From Clostridiales bacterium (GTDB lineage Bacteria > Bacillota > Clostridia > Peptostreptococcales > NVVX01), in the NCBI GenBank assembly GCA_021129775.1, contig JAJOKP010000012.1, positions 280 through 64,279 on the forward strand: 64,000 nucleotides of DNA, in the 5' to 3' direction. Of the stretch, positions 56,913 to 64,000 are shown piece after piece. The notes under the pieces were generated by a model, which did not search any database, was not told where the DNA came from, and saw nothing but the letters and a program-made list of their open reading frames with translations. Both the position numbers and the translations under genes were made by a program. Positions within the stretch are counted from its first letter, which is position 1; each line of letters begins with the position of its first letter.

Positions 56913-57704
56913 CTAATTAAACCCAGTTACCAAAGATCTAATAACAATATTCCACCCATCTACCATAACAAAGAGTAAAATCTTAAATGGCAAGGAAATC
57001 ATTGCAGGCGGTAACATCATCATACCCATTGACATTAACGTACTTGCCACAACCATATCGAGGATTATAAAAGGTATAAACAAAATAAAACCTAGCTGAA
57101 ATGCAGTTTTTAATTCGCTAATTATAAAAGCTGGTATCAGCACTATAGTTGATATTTCATCTAAATCTTCTGGGAGTTCACTGTTTGACATTTCGAGGAA
57201 AAGCGCTAAGTCTTTTTCTCTAGTTTGACGAAACATGAACTTTCTAACTGGTTGCATCGCATATTCAATTGCTTGGGCATCTGTGATTTCTTCCGCTAAA
57301 TACGGTTGAATAGCGTTTTGGTTTATTTCACTTGCTATAGGACTCATCACAAAAAATGTTAGAAACAAAGCTAGACCAATCAAAACTTGTGTTGGTGGCG
57401 TCTGTTGTGTTGCAATAGCATTGCGTAAAAAAGACAAAACAATAATAATTCGTGTAAAAGCCGTCATCATAATTAATATTGAAGGCGCAAGTGATAAAAT
57501 AGTAAGTAATAGTAAAATTTGTAATGAAGTAGTTACTTGTTGTGGGTTTTCTGCTTCATCAAACGTTATCCCAATTCTAGGAATTGGTATGGTAGGTTCA
57601 GCGTACACTTGGTTTAAACTTAGTATAACTACAAACACTACTATTAATAATATTAATGATTTCGTCTTTTTTCCTGCAAAATTCCATTTTATTATTGCTT
57701 CCAT
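56913..57704 (-). CDS. fliP: flagellar export apparatus protein FliP
   Basis: 263 aa; signal/TM segment, then ILLLLTILSLAPSILIMMTAFTRIIIVLSFLRNA. Confidence 0.95.
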   Translation of the reverse strand: MEAIIKWNFAGKKTKSLILLIVVFVVILSLNQVYAEPTIPIPRIGITFDEAENPQQVTTSLQILLLLTILSLAPSILIMMTAFTRIIIVLSFLRNAIATQQTPPTQVLIGLALFLTFFVMSPIASEINQNAIQPYLAEEITDAQAIEYAMQPVRKFMFRQTREKDLALFLEMSNSELPEDLDEISTIVLIPAFIISELKTAFQLGFILFIPFIILDMVVASTLMSMGMMMLPPAMISLPFKILLFVMVDGWNIVIRSLVTGFN

Positions 57705-58078
57705 CTATCCCTACTCAACACCTTTTTTAACAACAATTTACCTTTTTCATTCATATTTTTTAGGGAATGAAAATGTTCTATGTTCTCTATTTCTTGCCTA
57801 TCGTTAGAGTCTGTGCTAAAAATATTTTCTTGCCACTTACTAACAGAATATGAATCTAGTAGTTCAATGTTTTTAGAGTACACAGAGATTATGTATATTT
57901 TGATATTTATTTGTACAACTACAATACTATGCTGGTATCCCACTGTTATACGCTCTAAAACTTTTATATTTCGCTTGCTATGCAATGCATTTGTTTTTCT
58001 TCCAATAAAAATTGTAACAAAATAAGCTGCAGCAATTACACAAATTGCAATAATAATATTAAATATTTGTTCCTGCAT
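57692..58078 (-). CDS. fliO: flagellar biosynthesis protein FliO/FliZ
   Basis: 128 aa; single N-terminal TM helix; lies between cheY and fliP and overlaps the fliP start. Confidence 0.75.
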   Translation of the reverse strand: MQEQIFNIIIAICVIAAAYFVTIFIGRKTNALHSKRNIKVLERITVGYQHSIVVVQINIKIYIISVYSKNIELLDSYSVSKWQENIFSTDSNDRQEIENIEHFHSLKNMNEKGKLLLKKVLSRDRWKQ

Positions 58079-58091
58079 TCTGTCTCCTTAA

Positions 58092-58454
58092 TCAACCCAA
58101 AGCTTTTTTCACTGCTTCTATAACACGATCTGCTTGAAAAGGCTTTACAATAAAGTCCTTCGCACCAGCTTGAATTGCTTCAATAACCATTGCCTGCTGA
58201 CCCATAGCAGAACACATTATTACCGTCGCTTTCTCATCAATTTTTTTTATTTCCTTAACTGCTTGTATGCCGTCGAGTTCGGGCATTGTAATATCCATAA
58301 TCGTTAAATCTGGAGTTAGTTCTTTATATTTTTCAATTGCTTTAACTCCATTTTCAGCTTCACCAACGACATCAAATCCATTTTTAGTTAGCACATCCTT
58401 AATCATCATTCTCATAAAAGCAGCATCGTCAACTATTAATATTCCTTTTGCCAT
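58092..58454 (-). CDS. cheY: chemotaxis response regulator CheY
   Basis: 120 aa; ILIVDDAAFMR..DITMPELDG..K receiver; RBS GGGAGG lies 8 nt before ATG 58454. Confidence 0.94.
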   Translation of the reverse strand: MAKGILIVDDAAFMRMMIKDVLTKNGFDVVGEAENGVKAIEKYKELTPDLTIMDITMPELDGIQAVKEIKKIDEKATVIMCSAMGQQAMVIEAIQAGAKDFIVKPFQADRVIEAVKKALG

Positions 58455-58590
58455 AAATATTCCTCCCATATGCTCTTAAGAACATTTAAAAAATTTCAAT
58501 TCTAATAAGAAGCATCAATCAAACTACTCCTCAATGTATTATATACTTCATTTAACATATAGTCCACAATTATTCTTAAACAATGCTTTT

Positions 58591-59715
58591 CTAAATCTTA
58601 CCGTAGCGTTTTTCTTGGCTGACAATATCAGTAATTCGTATGCCATAATTTTCATCAATTACAACAACTTCGCCTTTTGCAACATATTGACCATTTATTA
58701 GTATGTCTAAGGGTTCACCTACAACCTTATTCAGTTCAATAATTGTTCCCGGTCCAAATTCAAGTATCTCACTAATTTTTTTAACAGTTCTACCGAGTTC
58801 AACTGTTACATTTAAAGGTACCTCTTGAATTAATTGAATGTTTTCTGGTACTCCTTTAGATCCAAGATTATCAAACGCTTGAAAATTAACTTGTTGCACG
58901 TTTACTGGCTCTTGTTTAGGCATCCTAATTTCAGGCGCATTATCTGTTTCAGGACTGTCATAAGATACATTGTTTTGTGTGTTTTGCTTGTTAACAGGTG
59001 CATTTCCCTTATCTTCTTCAAAAGTAAGCGAAGATTGTATCGGTTCTGTAGAATATGCAGTCATCAAAGAATTTACTATCTCCTTTGCGAAATCAATAGG
59101 AATTAACTGCATTAGCTCACTATCAATTAAATCTCCTATTACCATATTAAAAGATATTTTCACAAAGTTGTTTTTTAGTTCTGGAAATAATTCCGCAAAA
59201 TTACCCGGCATTGTTTCCATACGAAAAGTACGAGGTGGCGCGATATTAATTTTTTTGTCAAACATTTCTGACATAGAAGTTGCTGAAGCTCCTACCATCT
59301 GATTCATCGCTTCACTAATTGCACTAAGATGCAATTCACCAAGTGAATCCTCTGAAGCAGTACCACTTCCACCCATCATTAAGTCGGTAATAATCTTGAC
59401 GTCTTCCTCTTTTAAAAATAGCACATTAAGACCTTTTAGCCCTTCATTGTATTTAACATCAACAATTACAAAGGGTATAGGATATTGCTCTGCTATTTCT
59501 TCAATATTCAATATTGAAACTGATGGTGTTGTAATATTGACTCTGTTATTCAATAGAGCCGAGAGCGAGGTAGCTGCTGTTCCCATACTGATATTACCTA
59601 TCTCTCCAATAGTGTCCTTATCTTCTTCTGTAAAGTCTACAGTTACTTCACTTCCCTCATTTTCGTTACTCTTTAATAAGGCATCAATTTCCTCTTGCGA
59701 AAGCATTTCGCTCAT
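58591..59715 (-). CDS. fliY: flagellar motor switch phosphatase FliY (CheC-like plus FliN domains)
   Basis: About 374 aa; CheC-like motifs (IGEIGNISMGTAATSLS, ISEAMNQMVGASATSMS) and a C-terminal FliN/SpoA domain (VELGRT..ILEFGPGTIIEL). Confidence 0.92.
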   Translation of the reverse strand: MSEMLSQEEIDALLKSNENEGSEVTVDFTEEDKDTIGEIGNISMGTAATSLSALLNNRVNITTPSVSILNIEEIAEQYPIPFVIVDVKYNEGLKGLNVLFLKEEDVKIITDLMMGGSGTASEDSLGELHLSAISEAMNQMVGASATSMSEMFDKKINIAPPRTFRMETMPGNFAELFPELKNNFVKISFNMVIGDLIDSELMQLIPIDFAKEIVNSLMTAYSTEPIQSSLTFEEDKGNAPVNKQNTQNNVSYDSPETDNAPEIRMPKQEPVNVQQVNFQAFDNLGSKGVPENIQLIQEVPLNVTVELGRTVKKISEILEFGPGTIIELNKVVGEPLDILINGQYVAKGEVVVIDENYGIRITDIVSQEKRYGKI

Positions 59716-60703
59716 AGTTTTCATCTCCTTCTCTATCGATTTTTGTTACTCTCACTGACAAATTGTTTTTTACTGTGCCTGGTAAACCAAAATATTTTTG
59801 TTTTTCCCCGACCTTGATTTCTATTTCATCCTTTGCAACGTTATCTAGTTTAATAACATCGCCTATCTGCAGTCCAAGAAAATCCTTAACTGTAATTTCA
59901 GTTCTACCTAATATGGCTGTAACTCTCAGTTTGCCTTTTTCTAGTTTTTTTCTTAATGTACTTTTTTCGTTTTCTGTAATCTCCTTGCTAACTTTTGAAA
60001 ACCAAAACTTAGTGCTTAGTTTTCCTAGTATTGGCTCAATAACAATATGTGGAATACAGAGATTAATCATCCCTTCTACATCTCCAATTTTTATTGACAA
60101 CGTAATTAGAGCCACTGTTTCATTAGGCGATATAATCTGTACAAATTGCGAGTTGTACTCTATTTTGTCAAGTCTGGGGGTTAATTCTATAACATTTGCC
60201 CAAGGTTCAATTGATAAGTCCATAATTTGTTTAACTAGTTTTTTTATCAATGTCGCTTCTATTTCAGTAAAAGTTCGCTTTTCATCGAAGAGTTTACCCG
60301 TCCCTCCAAGTATCCTATCTATAAAAGCGAAACTAACTGTAGGAGACAAGTCCATAACAATCTGCCCCTCAAGTGGGTTAAAATCGATTATTGATAATAC
60401 TGATGGATTGGCAATCGAATTGCTAAACTCATAATATGATAATTCTTCTACAGAAAGTACTTCAGAATGCACATAACTTCTTAAATAACCTGCTAAAAAA
60501 GTGTTTAATGCTCTACAAAAATTATCATGTATTATTTGTAAAGTTTTTAATTGATCTTTAGCAAGTTTCTTTGGACTTCTAAAATCGTATGCTATTATTT
60601 TTTTGTCTTCATCACTACCCTTTATTTCTTCAACATCTACTTCACCAGTACTTAACGCATTAAGTAAACTGTCTATTTCATTTTGCGACATTATCTCTGC
60701 CAA
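59684..60703 (-). CDS. fliM: flagellar motor switch protein FliM
   Basis: About 339 aa; LSQNEIDSLL CheY-binding N-terminus, FliM core, C-terminal SpoA-like domain. The start is uncertain (TTG 60703 or ATG 60691). Confidence 0.93.
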   Translation of the reverse strand: MAEIMSQNEIDSLLNALSTGEVDVEEIKGSDEDKKIIAYDFRSPKKLAKDQLKTLQIIHDNFCRALNTFLAGYLRSYVHSEVLSVEELSYYEFSNSIANPSVLSIIDFNPLEGQIVMDLSPTVSFAFIDRILGGTGKLFDEKRTFTEIEATLIKKLVKQIMDLSIEPWANVIELTPRLDKIEYNSQFVQIISPNETVALITLSIKIGDVEGMINLCIPHIVIEPILGKLSTKFWFSKVSKEITENEKSTLRKKLEKGKLRVTAILGRTEITVKDFLGLQIGDVIKLDNVAKDEIEIKVGEKQKYFGLPGTVKNNLSVRVTKIDREGDENYERNAFARGN

Positions 60704-60715
60704 TAATCTCACCTC

Positions 60716-61135
60716 CTATTGGATGATATAATCAATAAAAAACAAATTAGTTATTTCATCCGTATCCATTACGTCAGAAACAGCAGTAATAATCTCTTCT
60801 CTTAGTTTTTGTAATCCTTCCTTACTTAAAATATCATTAGGGCTTTTTGTAATAATAATTTTTATGATTCTATCTCTAATTTCAGCATTCTTGTCTTCAA
60901 ATTCACCTATTAAATCCTTATCGCTAGTTTCAATTACAATTTCACCTCTAAAAAAGTCTCTCGAATCACTCAAATTAGTTGTAAATTTTCCAAGATGAAA
61001 TTCAAAGGTCTCAACTTCTTTAATTGATTCTTCGCCCGTATCTCTAAATACAGTGAAATACAAAATAAGGCCACCAATTATGCCCAACACAACTAAGCCT
61101 ATTATACCAAATAAAATGATTTTTTTCATGCTCAT
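60716..61135 (-). CDS. fliL: flagellar basal body-associated protein FliL
   Basis: 139 aa; N-terminal TM helix and a FliL domain (..FTTNLSD..FFRGEIVIE..). Confidence 0.9.
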   Translation of the reverse strand: MSMKKIILFGIIGLVVLGIIGGLILYFTVFRDTGEESIKEVETFEFHLGKFTTNLSDSRDFFRGEIVIETSDKDLIGEFEDKNAEIRDRIIKIIITKSPNDILSKEGLQKLREEIITAVSDVMDTDEITNLFFIDYIIQ

Positions 61136-61166
61136 AGAACTTTCCTCCTTTTCAGACGAGTACTAT

Positions 61167-61916
61167 CTATTCAGTAAAATCTATTATCATTTCTGCACGA
61201 AGTATTACAATATCCACTCGCCTGTTTTTCGCTTTATTGATTGCAGTATCATTAGGAGCAACTGGGTGATATTTTGAATATCCTGCTGCAGTGAAGCGTT
61301 CTGGAGCAAGTCCCTCGGTTTCAATTAAATGTCTAACAACCCTAGAAGCACGTGCTACAGACAGCTCCCAATTTGTTTCATATCTCGCTCCTGGGTGTAA
61401 GGGATCCGTGTCAGTGTGCCCTTCAATTCTTATATGTTTATCTGCAAATTCGGACTGCTTTAGCAATGTTGACAAATATGTTAATAATTCTAGCGCTTCT
61501 TGTCTTAATTCGGATCTGCCTGAATCAAAAAGTACATTATCTTGAAGTCTTAAAACTAAACCAATAGTTTCTAGTGTTACAAGAACATCTGCTTGCAAAT
61601 TATGTTCCTCTAAGAAAGCTTCTAACTGTTCCTGTAGTTTTCTAAAATCTTCTAATTCTTCCTCTTGTTTTGTTTTCAGTTCCTCTTCTAGGGCTTCTGA
61701 TATAAATTCTGTAGGTTCTACAGTAGTTCCATCCTCCATAATTCCAATAGAGCCTTGAAAAGCAGTAATAATGGCCTGAAATTTTTCAGCATCTAAAGTA
61801 GAAAATGCAAACAAAAGCACAAAGAAGCATAAAAGTAATGTTACTAAGTCGCCATATGTCGTCATCCATGCGGGAGCACCAACTGGAGCTTCTTCTCGTT
61901 TTTTTTTCCTAGGCAC
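61167..61916 (-). CDS. motB: flagellar stator protein MotB
   Basis: GTG start overlapping the motA stop. Plug/TM region APAWMTTYGDLVTLLLCFF and a C-terminal OmpA-like domain (GHTD..NWELSVARA..N.AKNRRV). Confidence 0.92.
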   Translation of the reverse strand: MPRKKKREEAPVGAPAWMTTYGDLVTLLLCFFVLLFAFSTLDAEKFQAIITAFQGSIGIMEDGTTVEPTEFISEALEEELKTKQEEELEDFRKLQEQLEAFLEEHNLQADVLVTLETIGLVLRLQDNVLFDSGRSELRQEALELLTYLSTLLKQSEFADKHIRIEGHTDTDPLHPGARYETNWELSVARASRVVRHLIETEGLAPERFTAAGYSKYHPVAPNDTAINKAKNRRVDIVILRAEMIIDFTE

Positions 61917-62700
61917 CTTCAACCACCTCTTCTTGCTTGGCTTGTAAAGCTTCTCTAATTCTCGGCGGCAAAAAAGCCTTAAGTTTTTCTTCAATAATTC
62001 TTGGGTTTTCGCCAGCTTGTATTGAGAGTAATCCTTCTACTATTATTTCTTTAATTAATATTTCTTCTCTACTTCTTGACTTTAATTTTGTCGCAATTGG
62101 AATAAAAATTAAATTCGCCATTAATGAACCATAGAGGGTCGTAATAAGGGCAAGAGCCATGCTAGGACCAACTGTTGCGGGATCCTCTAGTTTAGCTAAC
62201 ATATTGATTAGTCCTATCAAAGTTCCTACCATACCAAAAGCTGGCGCGAGCATACCTAATGTATCAAACAAGCCTCTTCCATCGTTGTGTCTCTCTTCTA
62301 TAAAAGCAAGTTCAGTCTCAAGTAAATTTCTCACTAGTTCTGGATCAGTGCCATCAACAATTAACATAACACCTTTGTTTAGAAATTTATCCTCTATGCC
62401 TTCGGCGACTTCTTCAAGAGCAAGTAAGCCTTCTTTTCTTGCGGTATTAGCCAACTCAATTATCTTTGATAATACAATTGTTGGGTCTGCTTTTGAGGCA
62501 CCAAAAACTTTCCTTGCTATTTTTGCAGATTCGAAAACTTTTTTCATAGGATAAGCTATCATAGTTGCAGCGAACGTTCCACCAACTACTATTTGAAACG
62601 ATGGTATGTTAAAAAATGATGCAAGATTTCCGCCATCCATAATACCTAGTGCTATAAATATTAACCCTACTAATAGACCGGCTATACTTCCTATGTCCAT
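61909..62700 (-). CDS. motA: flagellar stator protein MotA
   Basis: 263 aa; four TM helices; MotA/TolQ/ExbB channel signature (APAFGMVGTLIGLINML). Confidence 0.94.
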   Translation of the reverse strand: MDIGSIAGLLVGLIFIALGIMDGGNLASFFNIPSFQIVVGGTFAATMIAYPMKKVFESAKIARKVFGASKADPTIVLSKIIELANTARKEGLLALEEVAEGIEDKFLNKGVMLIVDGTDPELVRNLLETELAFIEERHNDGRGLFDTLGMLAPAFGMVGTLIGLINMLAKLEDPATVGPSMALALITTLYGSLMANLIFIPIATKLKSRSREEILIKEIIVEGLLSIQAGENPRIIEEKLKAFLPPRIREALQAKQEEVVEGA

Positions 62701-62715
62701 TATATTACCCCTCTT

Positions 62716-62925
62716 CTACAAACTGTCATCTTCTAGATGTTCTCCTAAAAAAATTTCTTTCTTATAGCTCTTAATCTTTTCTAAGATTTCCTCCGAACTC
62801 TCTAATACTACGTATTTATGCCCATTCACAAGTGTGATAATAGTATCAGGAGTTTCGTCTATGAATTCTATTAAGTCCGAGTTTAACGTGAACTCTTCAT
62901 CATTCAATCGTCTTAAAATAATCAT
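62716..62925 (-). CDS. flbD: flagellar protein FlbD
   Basis: 69 aa; MIILRRLNDEEFTLNSDLIEFIDETPDTIITLVNGHKYVVLES. Confidence 0.9.
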   Translation of the reverse strand: MIILRRLNDEEFTLNSDLIEFIDETPDTIITLVNGHKYVVLESSEEILEKIKSYKKEIFLGEHLEDDSL

Positions 62926-62978
62926 AAAACATCATCCTTTTGCTCTCAGGCAATAAGCCTGAGAGCTATATTTACTCA

Positions 62979-64000
62979 TTATCTCTTAAGATTAACTAAT
63001 TCTTGCAACATTTCGTCTGTCGTAGTGATAACTCTAGAATTTGCTTGAAACCCTCTTTGCGTTGTAATCATATTAGTAAATTCTCTTGATAAATCAACAT
63101 TTGACATTTCAAGAGCACCTGGGTTCAAACTACCAAACCCACCTACACCAGGTTGTCCAATTATAGGATCGCCCGAGTTTTGAGTATTTACAAACATATT
63201 TGCAGACGTTTTTGCAAGCCCAGATGTATTCTTAAAGTTTGCAAGTGCAACTTGTCCAAGTACTCTTCTTTGTCCATTATCAAAGGCACCTAATATCTCC
63301 CCTGAAGGAGCGATTGCAAAATCATTTAGAGTCCCTTGCTTAAATCCATCAATGCTAGTAGCTGATACAGTTGAAGTGTTTGCGAACATATTTAGTTTTG
63401 TGAAGTCTACTTCAAAGGTAAATGCACCTGCTCCACTTGTCAAGGTATCGGCTATTGTGAAGTTAGTGGTAGTGGTAGCAGACAATTTACCAGTTTCAAG
63501 AAAGTTTAAAGTAGTAGGTGTGCCCTGTCCCAGTCCGCCAGCACCAGCAGCATGATGCATATTCCCATTTTCCTCAATATAAAAAGCTTCTACTGCAAAA
63601 TCATTATTTGTTGTTTTAATAAATGCTAGTTTTATCTGATGCATTCCACCTAGTTGATCAAAAACTTGAAAAGTAGTTTCTCGTGCAACAGCCTCTTCAA
63701 AGTTTGGGTTTACTTCAAAAGTTGTTATTACTGGTGCTGGTGCTGTTCCTGCTTCTTTTCTTAGATAAACTGAGGTTGTAACACCAAGAGTTCCAACATT
63801 AGCGGTAGGTTGAGGAGTATATGAATTTGTGGCTTTAGTCTGACTATCCAAATTCCCTTCTAAAACAGCATTTTCTGTTACCTTAGCATCTGAAGTAACA
63901 GCCTTAGATATCACCAATCCTTCTAGCCTAGGCTGTAAAACACCATTTTCATCAGCTAAATAACCTAATACTTTAAAACCTTCTGTAGTTACTAAATTCC
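62979..64000 (-). CDS. flgE: flagellar hook protein FlgE (C-terminal part; N-terminus lies beyond the window end)
   Basis: The frame stays open upstream of the track's GTG to the window edge (..NLVTTEGFKVLGYLADENGVLQPRLEGLVISK..). C-terminus: LEMSNVDLSREFTNMITTQRGFQANSRVITTTDEMLQELVNLKR. Confidence 0.93.
   Translation of the reverse strand, partial: NLVTTEGFKVLGYLADENGVLQPRLEGLVISKAVTSDAKVTENAVLEGNLDSQTKATNSYTPQPTANVGTLGVTTSVYLRKEAGTAPAPVITTFEVNPNFEEAVARETTFQVFDQLGGMHQIKLAFIKTTNNDFAVEAFYIEENGNMHHAAGAGGLGQGTPTTLNFLETGKLSATTTTNFTIADTLTSGAGAFTFEVDFTKLNMFANTSTVSATSIDGFKQGTLNDFAIAPSGEILGAFDNGQRRVLGQVALANFKNTSGLAKTSANMFVNTQNSGDPIIGQPGVGGFGSLNPGALEMSNVDLSREFTNMITTQRGFQANSRVITTTDEMLQELVNLKR

Noticed and set aside
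1324-63555. The many other plus-strand ORFs of 60-220 aa in the track (for example 1324-1887, 11976-12449, 15558-16160, 47552-48007, 59763-60434)
   Set aside because: Each lies entirely antisense to a well-supported minus-strand gene. They have S/L/I/F-rich composition and no recognisable domains or RBS. This is typical of AT-rich genomes, where the antisense frame lacks stops.

Overview
This 64-kb window is a low-GC (about 30%) Firmicute chromosome segment, Clostridia- or Tissierellia-like. Almost every real gene is on the minus strand. The plus-strand ORFs in the track are antisense shadows of those genes.

Gene order follows the Bacillus/Clostridium backbone, read from high to low coordinates:
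- Distal half of the fla/che operon: flgE, flbD, motAB, fliLMY, cheY, fliOPQR, flhBAFG, a PilZ protein, cheBAWCD, sigD/fliA, a DUF342 protein and three small unknown ORFs.
- Then rpsB, tsf, pyrH, frr, uppS, cdsA, dxr, rseP, ispG, polC and nrdJ.
- Then an accessory island of about 6.7 kb (19.3-26.0 kb).
- Then rimP, nusA, ylxR, ylxQ, infB, rbfA, nrnA, truB, ribF, rpsO and pnp.
- Then sporulation-linked genes (ylxY-like deacetylase, M16 peptidase, ylmC, tepA), followed by ftsK, rimO, pgsA and a partial MFS transporter.

The island is the part worth a second look. It holds three things:
- An uncharacterised three-gene module: a split AAA15/ABC-type ATPase, a 175-aa PD-(D/E)xK-like protein, and a small protein carrying a WWAN motif.
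- A methylase-endonuclease-methylase type II R-M cassette, preceded by a zinc-ribbon ORF. The endonuclease has an in-frame TGA and the second methylase has a frameshift. The Dam-type methylase is intact.
- A truncated group IIC intron sitting directly after a terminator hairpin, followed by a YD-repeat scrap and a second methylase fragment.

Outside the island I see two short repeat families:
- Palindromic MITE-like elements with GGGGTCAGGSTTGA termini (2 copies).
- A 35-50 nt oriented intergenic repeat, CCCATTYGACTC..CGCTCAGGGTGAC (3 copies).

Several genes carry single-base homopolymer frameshifts: ylmC, ylxY, the ATPase, the second methylase and the WWAN ORF. These could be real decay or consensus sequencing errors. 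I saw no rRNA, tRNA or CRISPR array, and no integrase or transposase.
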